Of a stretch of DNA of 64,000 nucleotides, positions 1-15,043 are shown one piece after another. Under the pieces are notes generated by a model. The model ran no database searches and was not told the DNA's origin. It worked only from the letters and a program-made list of their open reading frames with translations. A program made the position numbers and the translations under genes. Positions within the stretch are counted from its first letter, which is position 1. Every line of letters begins with the position of its first letter. The stretch is from the NCBI RefSeq assembly GCF_964204645.1, contig NC_134026.1:2503950-2567949 (forward strand), written 5' to 3'. Origin of the DNA: Tubulanus polymorphus. Lineage: Eukaryota > Animalia > Nemertea.

Positions 1-3000
1 GGAACAAAATGACTCTTGTATAAAACCGCATCAATCTTTAAGTGGATATATTGCCCTAAATCTTCGCGGAATATGTCACTCTCAAAATCACGAGAATTGA
101 AAGACGTGAGTTTTCGCTCTTTATGCGAGCGACCTCGGCCAAGTGAGTCTGTTCATATTCAGAATTCAGAATCTCAAATATCTGGCTTCAAATGCCGGAG
201 TCTAGAATTGCATGCATAGCGATCATTTATCAAATCCATCCACTGAGACAATGGATCTACATGACAATAACAAGGTGAACAGTAGCCACAAGATGAAGTA
301 CAGTTGCGTAATATTGAGGAAGAAATCAGAACTACGTCACCAGTACTGACGAGGCATGTATCTCTATATTAACCATAATGATTTATCAATATTGCTCGTT
401 ATAAGAAGACGATGGTTTCATATAGACTAATAGATCATGTACACCGTCTAACTTCAGGTCCAAAATGCCCATCTTTCTAAGACAATGTCTAGCAACACGA
501 CATCGAAATACAGACATTCTGTGAGGCATATGAATTTCTAAATTGATATAAATGATGCAATTTGAATGAATTGATACATCTACTTAGTAAGTAGAGCAAT
601 ATAGCAATAGATAGAGTACTGTAACTTCTTAAAGATACTAGTTCCCACGTGTTTTAACAATGCTGTTTGTTTCTCACGTAAAGATCTTTCAACTCTCAAC
701 ATTTGAAAACCGTGTTCAAAAGCTGCTCTCAAACGCTGGCATTATCTGATCTTTTGACTCATACATTACTAAACCGCTCAAAAGACTTTCTCTATCCAGA
801 TATTTTTGGCCACGCCGAGTAAAAATCCACTACTGTTCAGAATGTTAAGAGATTTGTTTCACCAACCACCACACCACAAGAGTCAGGGCAAAAACAAAGA
901 AGAATTCTATGAAAGATGTGTTTTTTCTTTGTAGTAGGAGAGTTTAACCGCTGTATGTGTGAACAGAATGATAAGATATAGAACTGATATTCAATCCATA
1001 AAACCATCTTCCTTTCATGTGCACAGATAAATAACATCAAATGAAATACATGCCATGTCTTCAATAAACGTAAAAGAGTTTTATGATGCTTTTCAATATT
1101 TATCGTATCTCTGAGTTGAGGTTGATATCTAGTCTCGCAATTTATTTTTCACCAAAAATGATACATAAGTAAAATGAAACTCACTTCTGTTCAAAGGCAA
1201 TTCAGACAAATCTTCCGAATTTCACCTTTTACGGAACAAGTGCTTCAAACTACACTGAGCTGTCTCAGTAATTATGGTTATCCAACAAAACTTAATTGGC
1301 TTCGCTTGTAAGCTGGGTATCACATCAGCTATATACTATATCATAGATATATCTGCTAAAACCAGTTTGAAAAATCAAGTCAGGTAAAACCATCTGTTCC
1401 TATTACAATGCACGATATTATTAACATAGCACAATAAAACAGAACTGTGCTAAAAATGTACATAACGTATTCGTATATGAATATATGTGATAAAACAGTT
1501 ACAACTATATATGAGGAATGATTGATCACTGATTTATTCCAAAATTCAAAACATAGTCATCTAGATTGATTATTTTGTCAACAAGCGGCAAGCAGCAAAA
1601 AACGTTTTATATATTTTTTGTGGAAACAAGTTCTATATAATATGTATGTACATGGGGACTGCAGAAATCAAAGCTATTCATAAAGTCTGATTTAATAGCA
1701 ATAATTGGTCTGAAAATGTAGAACATGCTCGTTGGCCTTTCAATATAAAACAGGTAATGAAATATCGAGTTTGCACTTAAAAAATATACCGAGTATTCGT
1801 TCATACCCCGAATGGCAAGTTGTTCTAAATCAAGAGACGTCCGCATAAAATTAGGATTAAAACTGAACTGGTACATTTTTATATGATTTATCGCTATTTG
1901 AGTTCACGACGTGTAAACAGATTGCGCGATGGTCGAGATGAAATCTCTCCGTTAAATAAATTCCACTTCCGCGGCTTCTGAAGATTTTATGTAATTATAC
2001 ACAGCGATGCATCTGTCAATGCTCGGTTATTAATACTAACGATTCGAAAGCGTCGACAAAGTTTGAAGTTTATCCGGCCACGAGGCAAATCACGACCCAA
2101 ACAATCCGAACATCTGCCGCGCCAAACAGAGCAAACTGCCCTCGATACATTTAAATTTAGAGATGATTTTTTTTCTTCATTTTCCACGCGTGTTGAATGA
2201 CGTTTTAATAAGTGCAGGACTAGACGCGCAATAATATCTGAAGATTTTCAAAAATGTTCAGGCGAAACATCAACAAACATTTCCCACATCATTTCTCTCA
2301 TAAGAGTTGCCAAGTCTTCCTTCCCCCATGTGCTTATAACCTGGTAATACACAGAGCGCAAGTTGTAACAACCTGTTTACATCAGCAGCTATTGCGGGTA
2401 ACACTCAAAAATACTTCATAAACCGTCATCATAAAAACATCTCTGGTAAACGTATGATATTTGGTATCATCAATATGTAGCTATCGTTAGAAAACTCATG
2501 AATCGACTTAATCCAACTTCATCACCGACTAATATAGAAATCAACATTACCTCACATTTTCTCATCCATCACTGAATTCTCCGACAAACTTGGCAAATAA
2601 TGATCTCGATAGGAAATGGGGTGAATGAACTTCTCAGGGAGCCCCAGGTGTTAAATCAAGACTTTTATGGGACAGCGCCTGAATAAACAAGTCAACATTA
2701 TCTACTTCACACTAGGCTCTTCTTCACTTTATCATTAAATAGATAGATAATGAAGTGAAAAGAGAAAGTGAAGACCAGCATTAATAAAAGACAACAGGTT
2801 TTCTATAATGGCGCTTCTGTTCCTACACATGACCACACAATAGAAGGGGTGGTTCCTAGATTTATTACGGGAGTGATGAAACTGCAGGGTCGTATTGTTT
2901 GCTCGTTGATTCCGGCACATGTTAGCGGTCTCAGCATTGTCTATACAGGTGACTGTCAATTTTCCACATCAAATCACTATTGAGCCAGGAGGGAGAATAG

Positions 3001-6000
3001 CAGTTAACCTAATCTAATCTGATCCAGACGACCATCTTTTCAATATTCAAATTAATTCGCAATTTCTCATATTAGATGAATCTTGGAGTATATAATCATC
3101 TCGACTCCGAGATTAAACGCAAACGAACTGGATTTCAACGATGGATAAAAATGGCCCCGATCGATATACACCAATTACAGCAGCTGCAAATCGAAGACAT
3201 TTGACGCTTAGAAACCTCGTTTTAAAAGTCTCCACTCAAACCGACACAATACAACTAATTATTGATTATCAAACAACTGATGTAAACCTTTATCTTCTGA
3301 TAAGAATCTCATATTACCCGATATATTAGTCACCCATTTATCAATCTAAAATCAAGAGCATGGTTTGTTGGGTTTTAATATCATGATAGAAACCTCGATC
3401 GACGGTTCAGCTTTGTGCGGTTTGTTTGAGTTTCTATCATGACACAAAGACCTATTGCGTAAAACACGCACACCAATAATTAGCAATTTCTGATAACGAG
3501 GAGTTTGAAAATATAATAACATTCGTAGAACCATACAGAGACAGGGGCTCTTCTCATTCGAGTGTCGCCGGTATAACATCCACCTATGGCAAGTGAGGGA
3601 ATTGATGTTATCCAAGGTAGCTATGAACGTAAACAAGCTGATCAATAAAATGCTGCAAACGTAGAATAATCTCAGTGACAGGCACTCCTATTACACGCTC
3701 ATATATGGTGATATGTACTAGAAATCTGAATATCATCAATGGACTGAAATGAAATCAGTGCAAGTGACAGCATGAAAATGTTAGATTATCATGGCACATT
3801 TAAGTATCCTGCAGTTCATAAAGAAGGAGTCCCAAACCCCAGAACACAACACAAGGCATAACTGTAGCGGGTACTCAATTTCCATGAGGATGCGATATTG
3901 ATTCAAAGATTGAAAATATTCTTGCAGGTCATTGCTTGAAGATAAGGGTGAATTTCATGACCTTCATTTATTTGAATCAATTGAAAACTACAAAAAACAA
4001 AACATGAATGATAACAGGCCATTTGTACGAGATTGACCAAATCATGGACTAGAACAGCAGGTGAATCTGTCAACATCAAAACTAGATAAAAGCACTGCAG
4101 GGTGTCTACCAAGTATCAGACAGCCAGACACAGGCAATCAGAGGATTAACTCGGTTTTACATAATCTAATTTGATTTAAGAGATTATGGATAATCTAATT
4201 TGTTTTATAGGATTATACTGTTTGATGCCTGCTTCAGGATATTCACCGTGCCCAAAATTGAAGAGATTGTCCAGTTCCGACTTAGCATCATCAGTGAAAT
4301 AGATATCTAATGAAATGTCACAGTTCAGACCTACTGTCAGAAATTAAACAAGAATTTGAGAATCCTTACATAAGGAAATCTGAACTTTTCTTACCTCAAT
4401 ATCCCTAGAAAGTGCCTCATAATAATTCCACAATAATTAGGGTAGTTTACGACATTTGACAGTACTTTCACTGTGCAAGCATTTCAGTACTGAATGCGTG
4501 TTGTGTTATGACAGTCTGGTGGTCAAAGAGTCATTGATAGTTCACCACTAATGAAGGTGTCAATCGTCAGACAAATATAATATAATGTACTGACCGGTGG
4601 ACAAGTCAACCGGATTAAGAAATCTGTGGAACTTTGACGTATGAATAACAAACATTAAACTGCGAAAAATAGTTAATTTGCAGAAAGGTAAACCATAAAA
4701 TCTGATTATATAAAACCAGTCTATTGAAACAATACATATCAGCTGAAGATCATGTTAAGTTCAAGTGACCACAATTTTATATACCATTTTAATAATTGAT
4801 ACTTGAACTCGATGAAACCATTCAGACTTGAGCTGCGTCGTCGAAATTACGAAATTGTGTGAATTTACATCGTATTACTTATACCAGAAATGTCATCTTT
4901 TTTCTAAGTCAAACATATTTCCCGTAATGATATAATCATGTCATTTACTAAACAAATTATTGTATATTACTGAAATTGTACTCGTCTCTGCACTGTTCAA
5001 ATAATCATTCATTACCTAAAGTGCCACTTCATCTACTATATAACCGTCATTAACTATGATTCAATGTCTCAATAATGTTTTTTTTTTGTCCTCCATATCT
5101 TACGATGTTTGGCAACAATAAATGACTAACGAAAAATGACTAAAACTTATCCTGATTCAACCGCGAGTTTAAAGTTCGATGCACACTCATCAAAATTACA
5201 TTCTAGAAGCTCCTCCAAATAGAAATAAACTTTTTAAATAAAACTTTGAATTAAAATTTCACATCCTTCTTCAGCGAAAACCTTAAAAACGTTCGAAACA
5301 ATTTGAGAATATCGATTTGTGTTAATGTGCAGAAACATGAAATCATTATCGAATTACATGATACCGTATCACACTGATAAGCTTACCGTTTTCCGTTTCA
5401 AAATAAATGACATCTGACAATTAACGTATAATCCAAACTGCTACAATTGTTTCAATAGGGTAACCACACGAAAAATGTTACAAACACTGGCAATTAAGTC
5501 AGTTCGGTAGAATAAATCCTGTTTATTTTGGTTTCGGAATTGAAACGTTTCGCTTAGCGATGAAAATTCCCTATGGTTATGACGCGACGACAAATCGACT
5601 CAATGAATGCAGAGTCCTGGCGTGCGCACGAATCAATGAGGACAACACGACTATGAGTAGAGGGGAGATAGGTGCTGCTAGCTGGCTGCTCTTATCTATC
5701 CACATATCACAATATTTCTGTTCTTTTCCTCGATAACTTCGGCTTTAAAAACCAACAAAGTTTTTATTCTCGTATTATTTGAAAACCTGAATAGTTGAAT
5801 AGTTCTGCACATAAAACTGTGACCTATACCAGAAACGTACTGTTTTTGTACATCATTTTTTATATCGCAGAGCCTTAAAGTACCCGGGTATGCGCGCTAG
5901 CGCGACAATACAAACCATACTCGATTGAATATGCTTTTTGAAAGAGAAAAAAAATAGTGAGCAAATTCGTCATTACCTTTTATTTGATACAAGTTATACA

Positions 6001-6254
6001 CAAGCACTTTTGCTAATATTCCAATTCAACCCATAGAGGGGGAGAATCTACAACGAACAAACGGTAAAACACCTGTCTTAAAATGTGAATCTTAAAAGAT
6101 ACTCATCTACAAACACCGCAGGTGATCATCTTAGAGAAAACCATCGGAAGTGTTGTTTAAGTTATGTTTATGCAGCTGCAATTAGTATTAGTTACTTTTA
6201 AACGTTTATTTCATTCTTCTAATGAATGTTTTTCGATGCATATGAATCATATAG

Positions 6255-6540
6255 GCATGATGCGCACCACAGTTAGAAATGTAAGGGTGGATTTGAAATT
6301 TCGAATGTGCCCTCCTAAGTGTTTAGAAATTTTTCTTTCTAATAAAATTCTAAAAATACCAAAAATGAATCCAAATGGGCCCAAATAAGGGTCCTTTTTG
6401 TCCGAAGTTTTCTGTGGGAGGGCCACCAGAACCCCGACTAATGTTTCTCTTTGCAGCCCTCTTTGCCAAATCTACCCTATTCAAATAAAGTACCCATTCT
6501 TTTTTTCAGGTCCACTCCCTTCCTAGATCTGCCGTTGAAA
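6255..6540. mobile_element. Degenerate GC-ended non-autonomous element (MITE-like)
   Basis: Internal 'tgtgggagggccaccagaacccc' and end 'cctagatctgccgttg' resemble the element at 16109-16387; termini are not clear. Confidence 0.3.
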
Positions 6541-7464
6541 TGCATGGGTTTCTTGAAAAGATTAACCCGCAAAATTTGATTAACAATTTTAGAAACAAAG
6601 TAAAGATGAAAAGGAAATGTCAGATATTATCAGATGAACTATTGAGATGGCCTTGTTATTTCACGTTCAATTGATTCTTTCCTCTCATAAAAAACGTCTT
6701 TGATGTTATTTTTATATTTTTATGGTCAATGGTAACTTTACACGCACTCAACTCGACTAACGATGAAAAATAAAAGTTCGCGCGAATAGCGGAGAGAGCA
6801 ACTTTGACATTTTGAACAAGTTCAAATAAGTGCAAATACACGTACATATACTGTGTTATCTGGAGAGGGATGTCCAGTGATAAAGGGACCTATTGAATGA
6901 CATTCGAACAAATATATGATCCTCAAATCATTAACAATCTAAACATATTTCATTATTGAATATCATAAACATCGGAAACCATTCTTGACTGCAAACTATC
7001 TACAGTTAATGAATTAAAACTCTGTTCAAAACTGTCCAAAAAATCAATTTTCTATCGCTACTCACCAACTCACAATATTAGCTCAAACTGGCTCAAACTG
7101 GCACAAACTTACTCCAAATAAACATTACATATTTCAGACGATGAAATGATTGCCTGGGCTCTGAACATTTTCTGTTGAAATATCATTTTGACCCCTGATA
7201 ATTATCATAAATGTGTTAATTGCCGAATGCTGATTGGGTTGATAGATGTTTAAATGCTGTTGTTGACATTTTATTGACCGTTTTTATCGTAATTACAGCA
7301 ACTGATTCTATCTAATTTTCACACTTATTATTCATTATCACCGCAACAATTAACGTCTCGGTTTCCATATAATCTCATAATGAGATTAAAAACTACTTTT
7401 TATCAACAAATTATTGACATTTATGACATGTAAATCTGAGCACAAAATGAAACGGGCCCAAAAC

Positions 7465-7695
7465 TAAGGTCTGAGGGAGGGTTGCACCCCCAATATAGGG
7501 CACATCATATAATCAAAAGGGCACGCCGAAAGAAAGCTTATCCGAAAACATTAACTCATTTTTAGTAGAGAACAAGCTTATGAATTCAAACCTTTTTAGG
7601 TATCAGTTTAATACTTTTCATATTCCCGTGATATCTAAGGGCAACTTAACATTCTTAGGGGTTGCACACCTCCTGCACCCTGGATCCACCCCTAT
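7465..7695. mobile_element. Degenerate MITE-like repeat
   Basis: Repeated 'gggttgcac' motifs and terminal 'tggatccacccct' in an otherwise AT-rich region. Confidence 0.35.
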
Positions 7696-9387
7696 ATAGG
7701 ACTGATAGTTACAGACAACGAAAAATTATTGGGTTATTTTCATTGAAATGAATAAACGATTGCTCAAGTGCAGGTGGTGGGTATATACATAATACGTGCA
7801 CAAAATGTGTCAAATCGTACTTTAGTTTATTTGTTTTCTAATTAGAGCTGTAGAGTAAAGGCAGTCAATAACTACCAAGTATAACAAAGCGGTCTTCTAC
7901 TTTCGACAAGTATTTGCGTAAATATGTGAATATACGTTTTAGCTGCGCGCGAAAAACTTGTAGAATAATAATAGATTTAATAATGCACTATTTTACGAAT
8001 CTTTAATCCAGAAAACAGTTTTTCAGGAAAATGTTTTTGTTTCGATTTTAGCTTTTAAACTCGGTACTATATCATTCCCACTTCTTAATTGATTTACTGG
8101 AAGAAAAACATAATTTTCTGACCAAATCTGGAAAAAAGAACAAGCTATTCTTCGTTCGCTGCTTTACAATCATCTACGCGCCCGTTATAAAAAACCTATT
8201 GTAAAATCTATTTATACATTTCAACACCAGGTGATTTTTTTTCATAGCCAAATTGTTGACCCCTGACAGCTGTCGTACTATGAATATCCTATTGAGCGGC
8301 ACATTTACCTTTCCTAAAAGACTGGTCGAGTATAAATACGGACTTAAGTCAGCTTTTTCTTTCGAACACAATCCTGAATGAATAGAAATTATGAATATGT
8401 CGACAAATTCATTAAATTATCGCCTTAAAAGAATTTTTTAAGCCATAAAAAATAATTCATGCGTGATATATTAGAAAAGTTTTAACAATAGAACAGGAAA
8501 ATGATGCTAACAACTTATCAGAACAAGAAATAATGGAAATATATATTACCCGCATAATTCAAAGTGGAAGCATCCTTCATAAATAATTCAAGTATTTGAC
8601 AAAAAAATTCCATCGATTGTCAGCAATAACAAATGAATATTGGATTATGATGTAATACTTGTAAGAGGTACCATATGCTCTAATGCATGTGTAATCATCT
8701 AAATCTATAAAATCCTTATCAAATGCAAAACAAAATATTTATCCAATCTTATACACTGACTAAATAAATATAATAGCTTAATGATTGTACTGACCATTGT
8801 AAATAAAGAATTCATAAGCGGAATCAATAACTCCGAAATTGTTCATTGACTTTTCAAATAGGCCTAATCAAACAAATTAAAATAAATAATAAATATTTTG
8901 TTCAATGAGTGAAGTTTAAATAAACATTTCAAGTATAGACGGGCAGGCTTCAACTGGTCTGTATATCAGATGGTTAACATTGGTGATCCTTTTTCATATC
9001 TAGAAATACCAGTATACATTTTGTAACAATTCATTCCCGAGAATGTTTTCACTGTTTTCTTCAAATAATTCTTTTAACAGGAAAAAAATACGAAATCGTT
9101 GGCTATGAAAATTGAGAAACTAGGGACCTCTTCTATAGTCCTCTTTAGTAGTTGAGCCTCTATTTTCTCAATTTTTCTAACATTTTTAGCGTGTTGTAGG
9201 GCCTTTAGAAATTGAGAGACGGAGTTGACGTAGTTGTAGGTGGGCCAGGCGAATACCGGTGTGAAAGATTGGGACTTGGAAACTGATTGTCACGTCACGC
9301 GCGTTTAGCATACTTACACGAGTTAAAACCATCCAAGCGTAGCATACACACACACGTGTCGCTTCGCGTGGATCGCGCCATGCGCAA

Positions 9388-9525
9388 CGACCTTGCAATG
9401 AATGCACGCCTACGCTTGCCACAGTAAGCAAAATTGGAAGCCTCCCGCAATGAGTATCCACTTACCGCAGTAAACATCACATATGGAGCCTTCCCGATAT
9501 GGCTTTACGCTTGCCGCAACAAGCT
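9388..9525. repeat. ~47-bp-period sub-repeat element, copy 1 (3' of regucalcin A)
   Basis: Units cgcttgccacagtaagc / cacttaccgcagtaaac / cgcttgccgcaacaagc; homologous to 11974-12110. Confidence 0.7.
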
Positions 9526-9806
9526 TTCCTACACTTACACCTTATAGAAAAACGAATGCACAAAATACCTATAGAAATAAATAACAAAGACATTGTATGA
9601 GTACAAATAAAAATATCACTTTTATTATCATATAAATTTGTTATACAACAAGATTCATTTTGGCTTCGCTTTTTACAATAAGCTTGACTATATTGAACTC
9701 ATTATTGCCTAGAACTATCCTGGATAGTATGAATATCCATATAAAATAACAGTAGATTAAAAGAACATATCATGCATTGATTCTACCAGGTTCACGAGAC
9801 AAAATA

Positions 9807-11648
9807 TCAACCTTCATATATATTAGGTTTAAAACCATGCACTCCCAGACCAGTAATTTTAAATAAAGAACCAGCTAATGGATCTGTCTTTTTAAATTCC
9901 TCCTCAGTATATCCCAATCTAGAAGAGGTAACAAAAAGTTCATCGTAATTGGGACCACCGAAACAGCATGAAGATGTTCTCTTAGCCGGTATTTTCACAG
10001 TACGCAAAAGCTTGCCTAAAAATAATAACGTTTACTGGTACATACTTAGAACAACAACTTTTTGGGTGTTTAATTGTAGACAAGATAATGAAATTATTTT
10101 CAATTTCCAATACAAGCGGAAATCAAGTCATGTTGTGCAGATACTACTGAATGCGACAGATTTTATAAAAGTTTTACCTGATTTAGGATCAAACCTAGCA
10201 ACTTGACCTCCGTAGTAACAAGCAATCCATAGCATTCCTTCGTTATCGATACACATTCCGTCAGCTGCACCCATATAGTCATCAGAACCTTCTTTCGGAA
10301 ATTCAATGATGCAACGTTTGTTACCTGTAACGAAAATGCGTAACGTTCGACACAATTCTTGCTCAATATGTCATATTTGTCAAGTTGCATAAAGCCGAAA
10401 AAGGACTAAAATCTGAAGACTGTTGATAACTCGTTTGCTGCTACCGTATTTGTCCCAGTTACAACTATGAGATGTCTTGCAGTTGGCAATAGGGCTATTA
10501 CATATTCAAAATTTGACCTACGAGATTACCATTGAGAATTTTGCAAAGAACTAAGAAAAATAATATACCGCCCACATTGGTGCAAAACGATTTTGGCGGT
10601 ATAGAGAGTATGGCAGTATATCGGGGTTGTTTTACTGTGTATTTGTATAGAGATGTACATTGAAGAAACCTGGCAGTAGGCGGGGGTGCCTGGGGGTAAA
10701 TGGAAGGGCGGTTTATCGGGGTTGACTGTATGTCATTCCGATCGCCAGTGCAAATATCAAACTAGAAGGTTCAGCAATAAAATAGCAATAATGTGTAGTG
10801 GCAATGGTGGCTGAATCAGTACTATGGAGGTAAGTGGTAGTTGGCAGTGAATGTGTTACTTTGTAAGATGCAACTGAGTGTAGTAAGGGTCTTCAACTTA
10901 CTCGCTACGCCTGTTTCTTTATCATAATCAAAGGCATAAACTCGGGAGGGAATACTATCGATAAAATAAAGAATCTTATCATCAAGACTCCACGCGAGAC
11001 CATTCGAAATTGAGACTTTATCGGTAAACTGTGTAACCTTCTTGTCTTTATCAATGCAATAGAGAGAACCTTGTTCTTCTTCAAAATCAGTAGGATTTCT
11101 TCCAAACGTCCCTGAAGAAAATGAATGATGAAATCGGAAGTCGTAAATCTTGTGAAAAACAATCTAATATCATTTAGCTCGATTTTTAAAGGGATTTTGT
11201 ACCTGCCCAGATACGACCAGAAGAGTCACATTTAGCGTCGTTGAATATTGTATTTTGACCTTCTTCAACTGAAGCTATCACAGAATAATCATCAGGATTG
11301 TTCCAATCAAACTGAATCACTGATTGACCCAAACTCGCCACAAATCCACCTTCCTTCCTCGGCAGAATGAATGAGGTATTAGAATCTACAAGTCAATCAT
11401 AAGTTAAATTGAGCAAAATCACCTCCTAGTAGAAGACAATCTCATAAATTGGTCATTTCATTAAAATACTTACTACCAATAGTAATTTTTTCAGTGATAT
11501 TTGAGTGATAATTCCACCGAAATATTCTATCGACATCCGCCCATATGTTAACAAAATAAAGTGTCTGAGTCAATTCATCCCAATGAGGTCCTTCTCCAAT
11601 TGCAGAAGCTATGTTCTTAAGAACGCAAGTCATTTTTGTTTCCGACAT
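9807..11648 (-). CDS. RGN: Regucalcin/SMP-30 gluconolactonase family, paralogue A (5 coding exons)
   Basis: Spliced exons give [24 protein letters not shown]...[16 protein letters not shown]...ISNGLAWS...[14 protein letters not shown]...[18 protein letters not shown]. Canonical SMP-30 motifs and GT-AG junctions. Confidence 0.93.
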
Positions 11649-11973
11649 GGTCTTCTGTAGCAGTTTACACAGTTAAACATGAACCATAGACTTCAACAAA
11701 ATCAGTTAATAGATTCTTATGTCGGCGGCATATAATGTAAAATCATATAGATAGAGTGGTAAAAAAGTAGTTCATTCTAATGATTTAGGCCTAAGGCACT
11801 TTTTACTTTGAAAACAAAAGTAGGAGAGATGTCATCTTATCTTACGAGAAACAGGTCATACAAGATTAAGTAATCAAAATACCAGTCTGAATTCCATACC
11901 AGACCATTTACGGGTTCCTATCAAAAACTGTACATCTTACGTTAGAAATAAATAAAAATACGAGCCATTACTA

Positions 11974-12110
11974 CGACCTTGAAATGAACGCGCATACACT
12001 TGCCACAGTAAGCATAAGCGGGAGCCACCCGCTACTAATGGCCACTATCCGCAGTAAGCACGTCAACGAGGAGCACTACCGATTCGGCTATTTCACTCTT
12101 CACCTAGCAT
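11974..12110. repeat. Same sub-repeat element, copy 2 (3' of regucalcin B)
   Basis: cgaccttgaaatgaacgcgcatacacttgccacagtaagca matches cgaccttgcaatgaatgcacgcctacgcttgccacagtaagca in copy 1. Confidence 0.7.
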
Positions 12111-12282
12111 TAACTGAGATTAGTAGAAATTCATAGACCTTTAAAAATAAACAACAAGCATTACTTTTGTACAACATTTATATAAATTTGCATTAAAACA
12201 ATATTCTGACAGTTTAGCTTCTCACTGTAATTGTAAACCATTGATACATCATGTTTATTGATTCGCCGTAAGAGACAAAATA

Positions 12283-13731
<1,449 letters not shown>

Positions 13732-15043
13732 GGTCTTTTGCAGCAGCAGTTCACGCAGTTAAACTACAACAAACCAGAAGACAGATATCTGACTGTATAT
13801 GCATACAATGTAAAATCATATCAAAGCAGTATAAAGTAGGTCATAGCCTTTTCCCTTTGATAACAACAGTATTAAAGTAAGGATCCAGTAACAATAACCC
13901 TTGGAGTAATCATTCAAATGATTTTACGAATAATCTTTTTACGATAAATAGGTCTCTTATCGTTGTATAATTTACTGCTGCACGCGATTATGAATATGAC
14001 GTATTTTAAGAGGCTTAATAATAATATGCAGGATCAGCTGTGTCCATATGAGTTAAACTGCAAGTCATATACGAAAGGTCCTTCGTATCTGATGTCACAA
14101 CAAACAGGTTTACGCTAGCGGCCCAATATCAATATATACTATAGTTATCGTTAGTTGTTTTCCTGCTGAGATCATTTTCTACCGTCATGTGATGAAGCCT
14201 AATCTCAGCACAACCCACTACTAATATAGTATCTACTATAACGCCTAGCCAAGTCATAGAAAGTTAGATTACATCTATATCTAACATTGTAAAATCCATG
14301 TTAATGCGACAGACCTAGTCATGGGTGCAATACTTTAATTTAATGAGGTTATGTTAAATGTTGAGTACCCTTGATTCGATTCAGTGTAACACTGTAACAT
14401 TTGGAAGTATCACAAAATACTCACATTCACAGTCGATACCAGACTAAATGATCAATAAAAAAGGTTGGATTGACTTGACTTTTGTCAGTGCTTGGCTGTA
14501 TTTATAGCCTGTGCAAAAAAACATGATTATCACACAATAGACAGTTATTTGGCAGGTTAGTTCTCTTTACCACAATCTATATCGAATAACCTAATTTAGA
14601 ATTGTGTATTCTGTTCATAGTTGAATTATGGCTATGCGTAGTTTTTAGAATGTTCTTGTACACTGACTGACTATCTCATACTAACTAAGGTACTATAGGA
14701 AGCCATGTACTTCAGTAGTTGTTTTGCGAACAACTGCTAGGCTTCATACTACACAGCACTTGTATTCCCAAAGCCCAATATTTTGGGGTATAAGTGCAGA
14801 TCCGCACCTCTCCGCGTAAACGGTTCAATCAATTAGGCCTACATTAAATATCATTGTTTCAATGTCATCAGCAATTCAGTACATTGCCATTGGTTAACTT
14901 AAAGATATCTTCACTAGAGAGAGTAGAAAGATTTAGCCTGGATTCTGTCATTCAGCAGATTGCGTCAATCACGAGAGGTGCGGATCTGCACTTTTACCAT
15001 ATTTTGTTATCTTGTAGGGACCTCAAACATTGCAGTGAAGATA

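Noticed and set aside
1-9180. Short ORFs in the first 9 kb
   Set aside because: No recognisable motifs or consistent exon chain. Probably intronic or regulatory DNA, perhaps with non-coding exons of a gene outside the window.
9388-9525. CRISPR-like repeat-spacer appearance
   Set aside because: Eukaryotic context, only ~3 degenerate units, spacers resemble each other, no cas genes.
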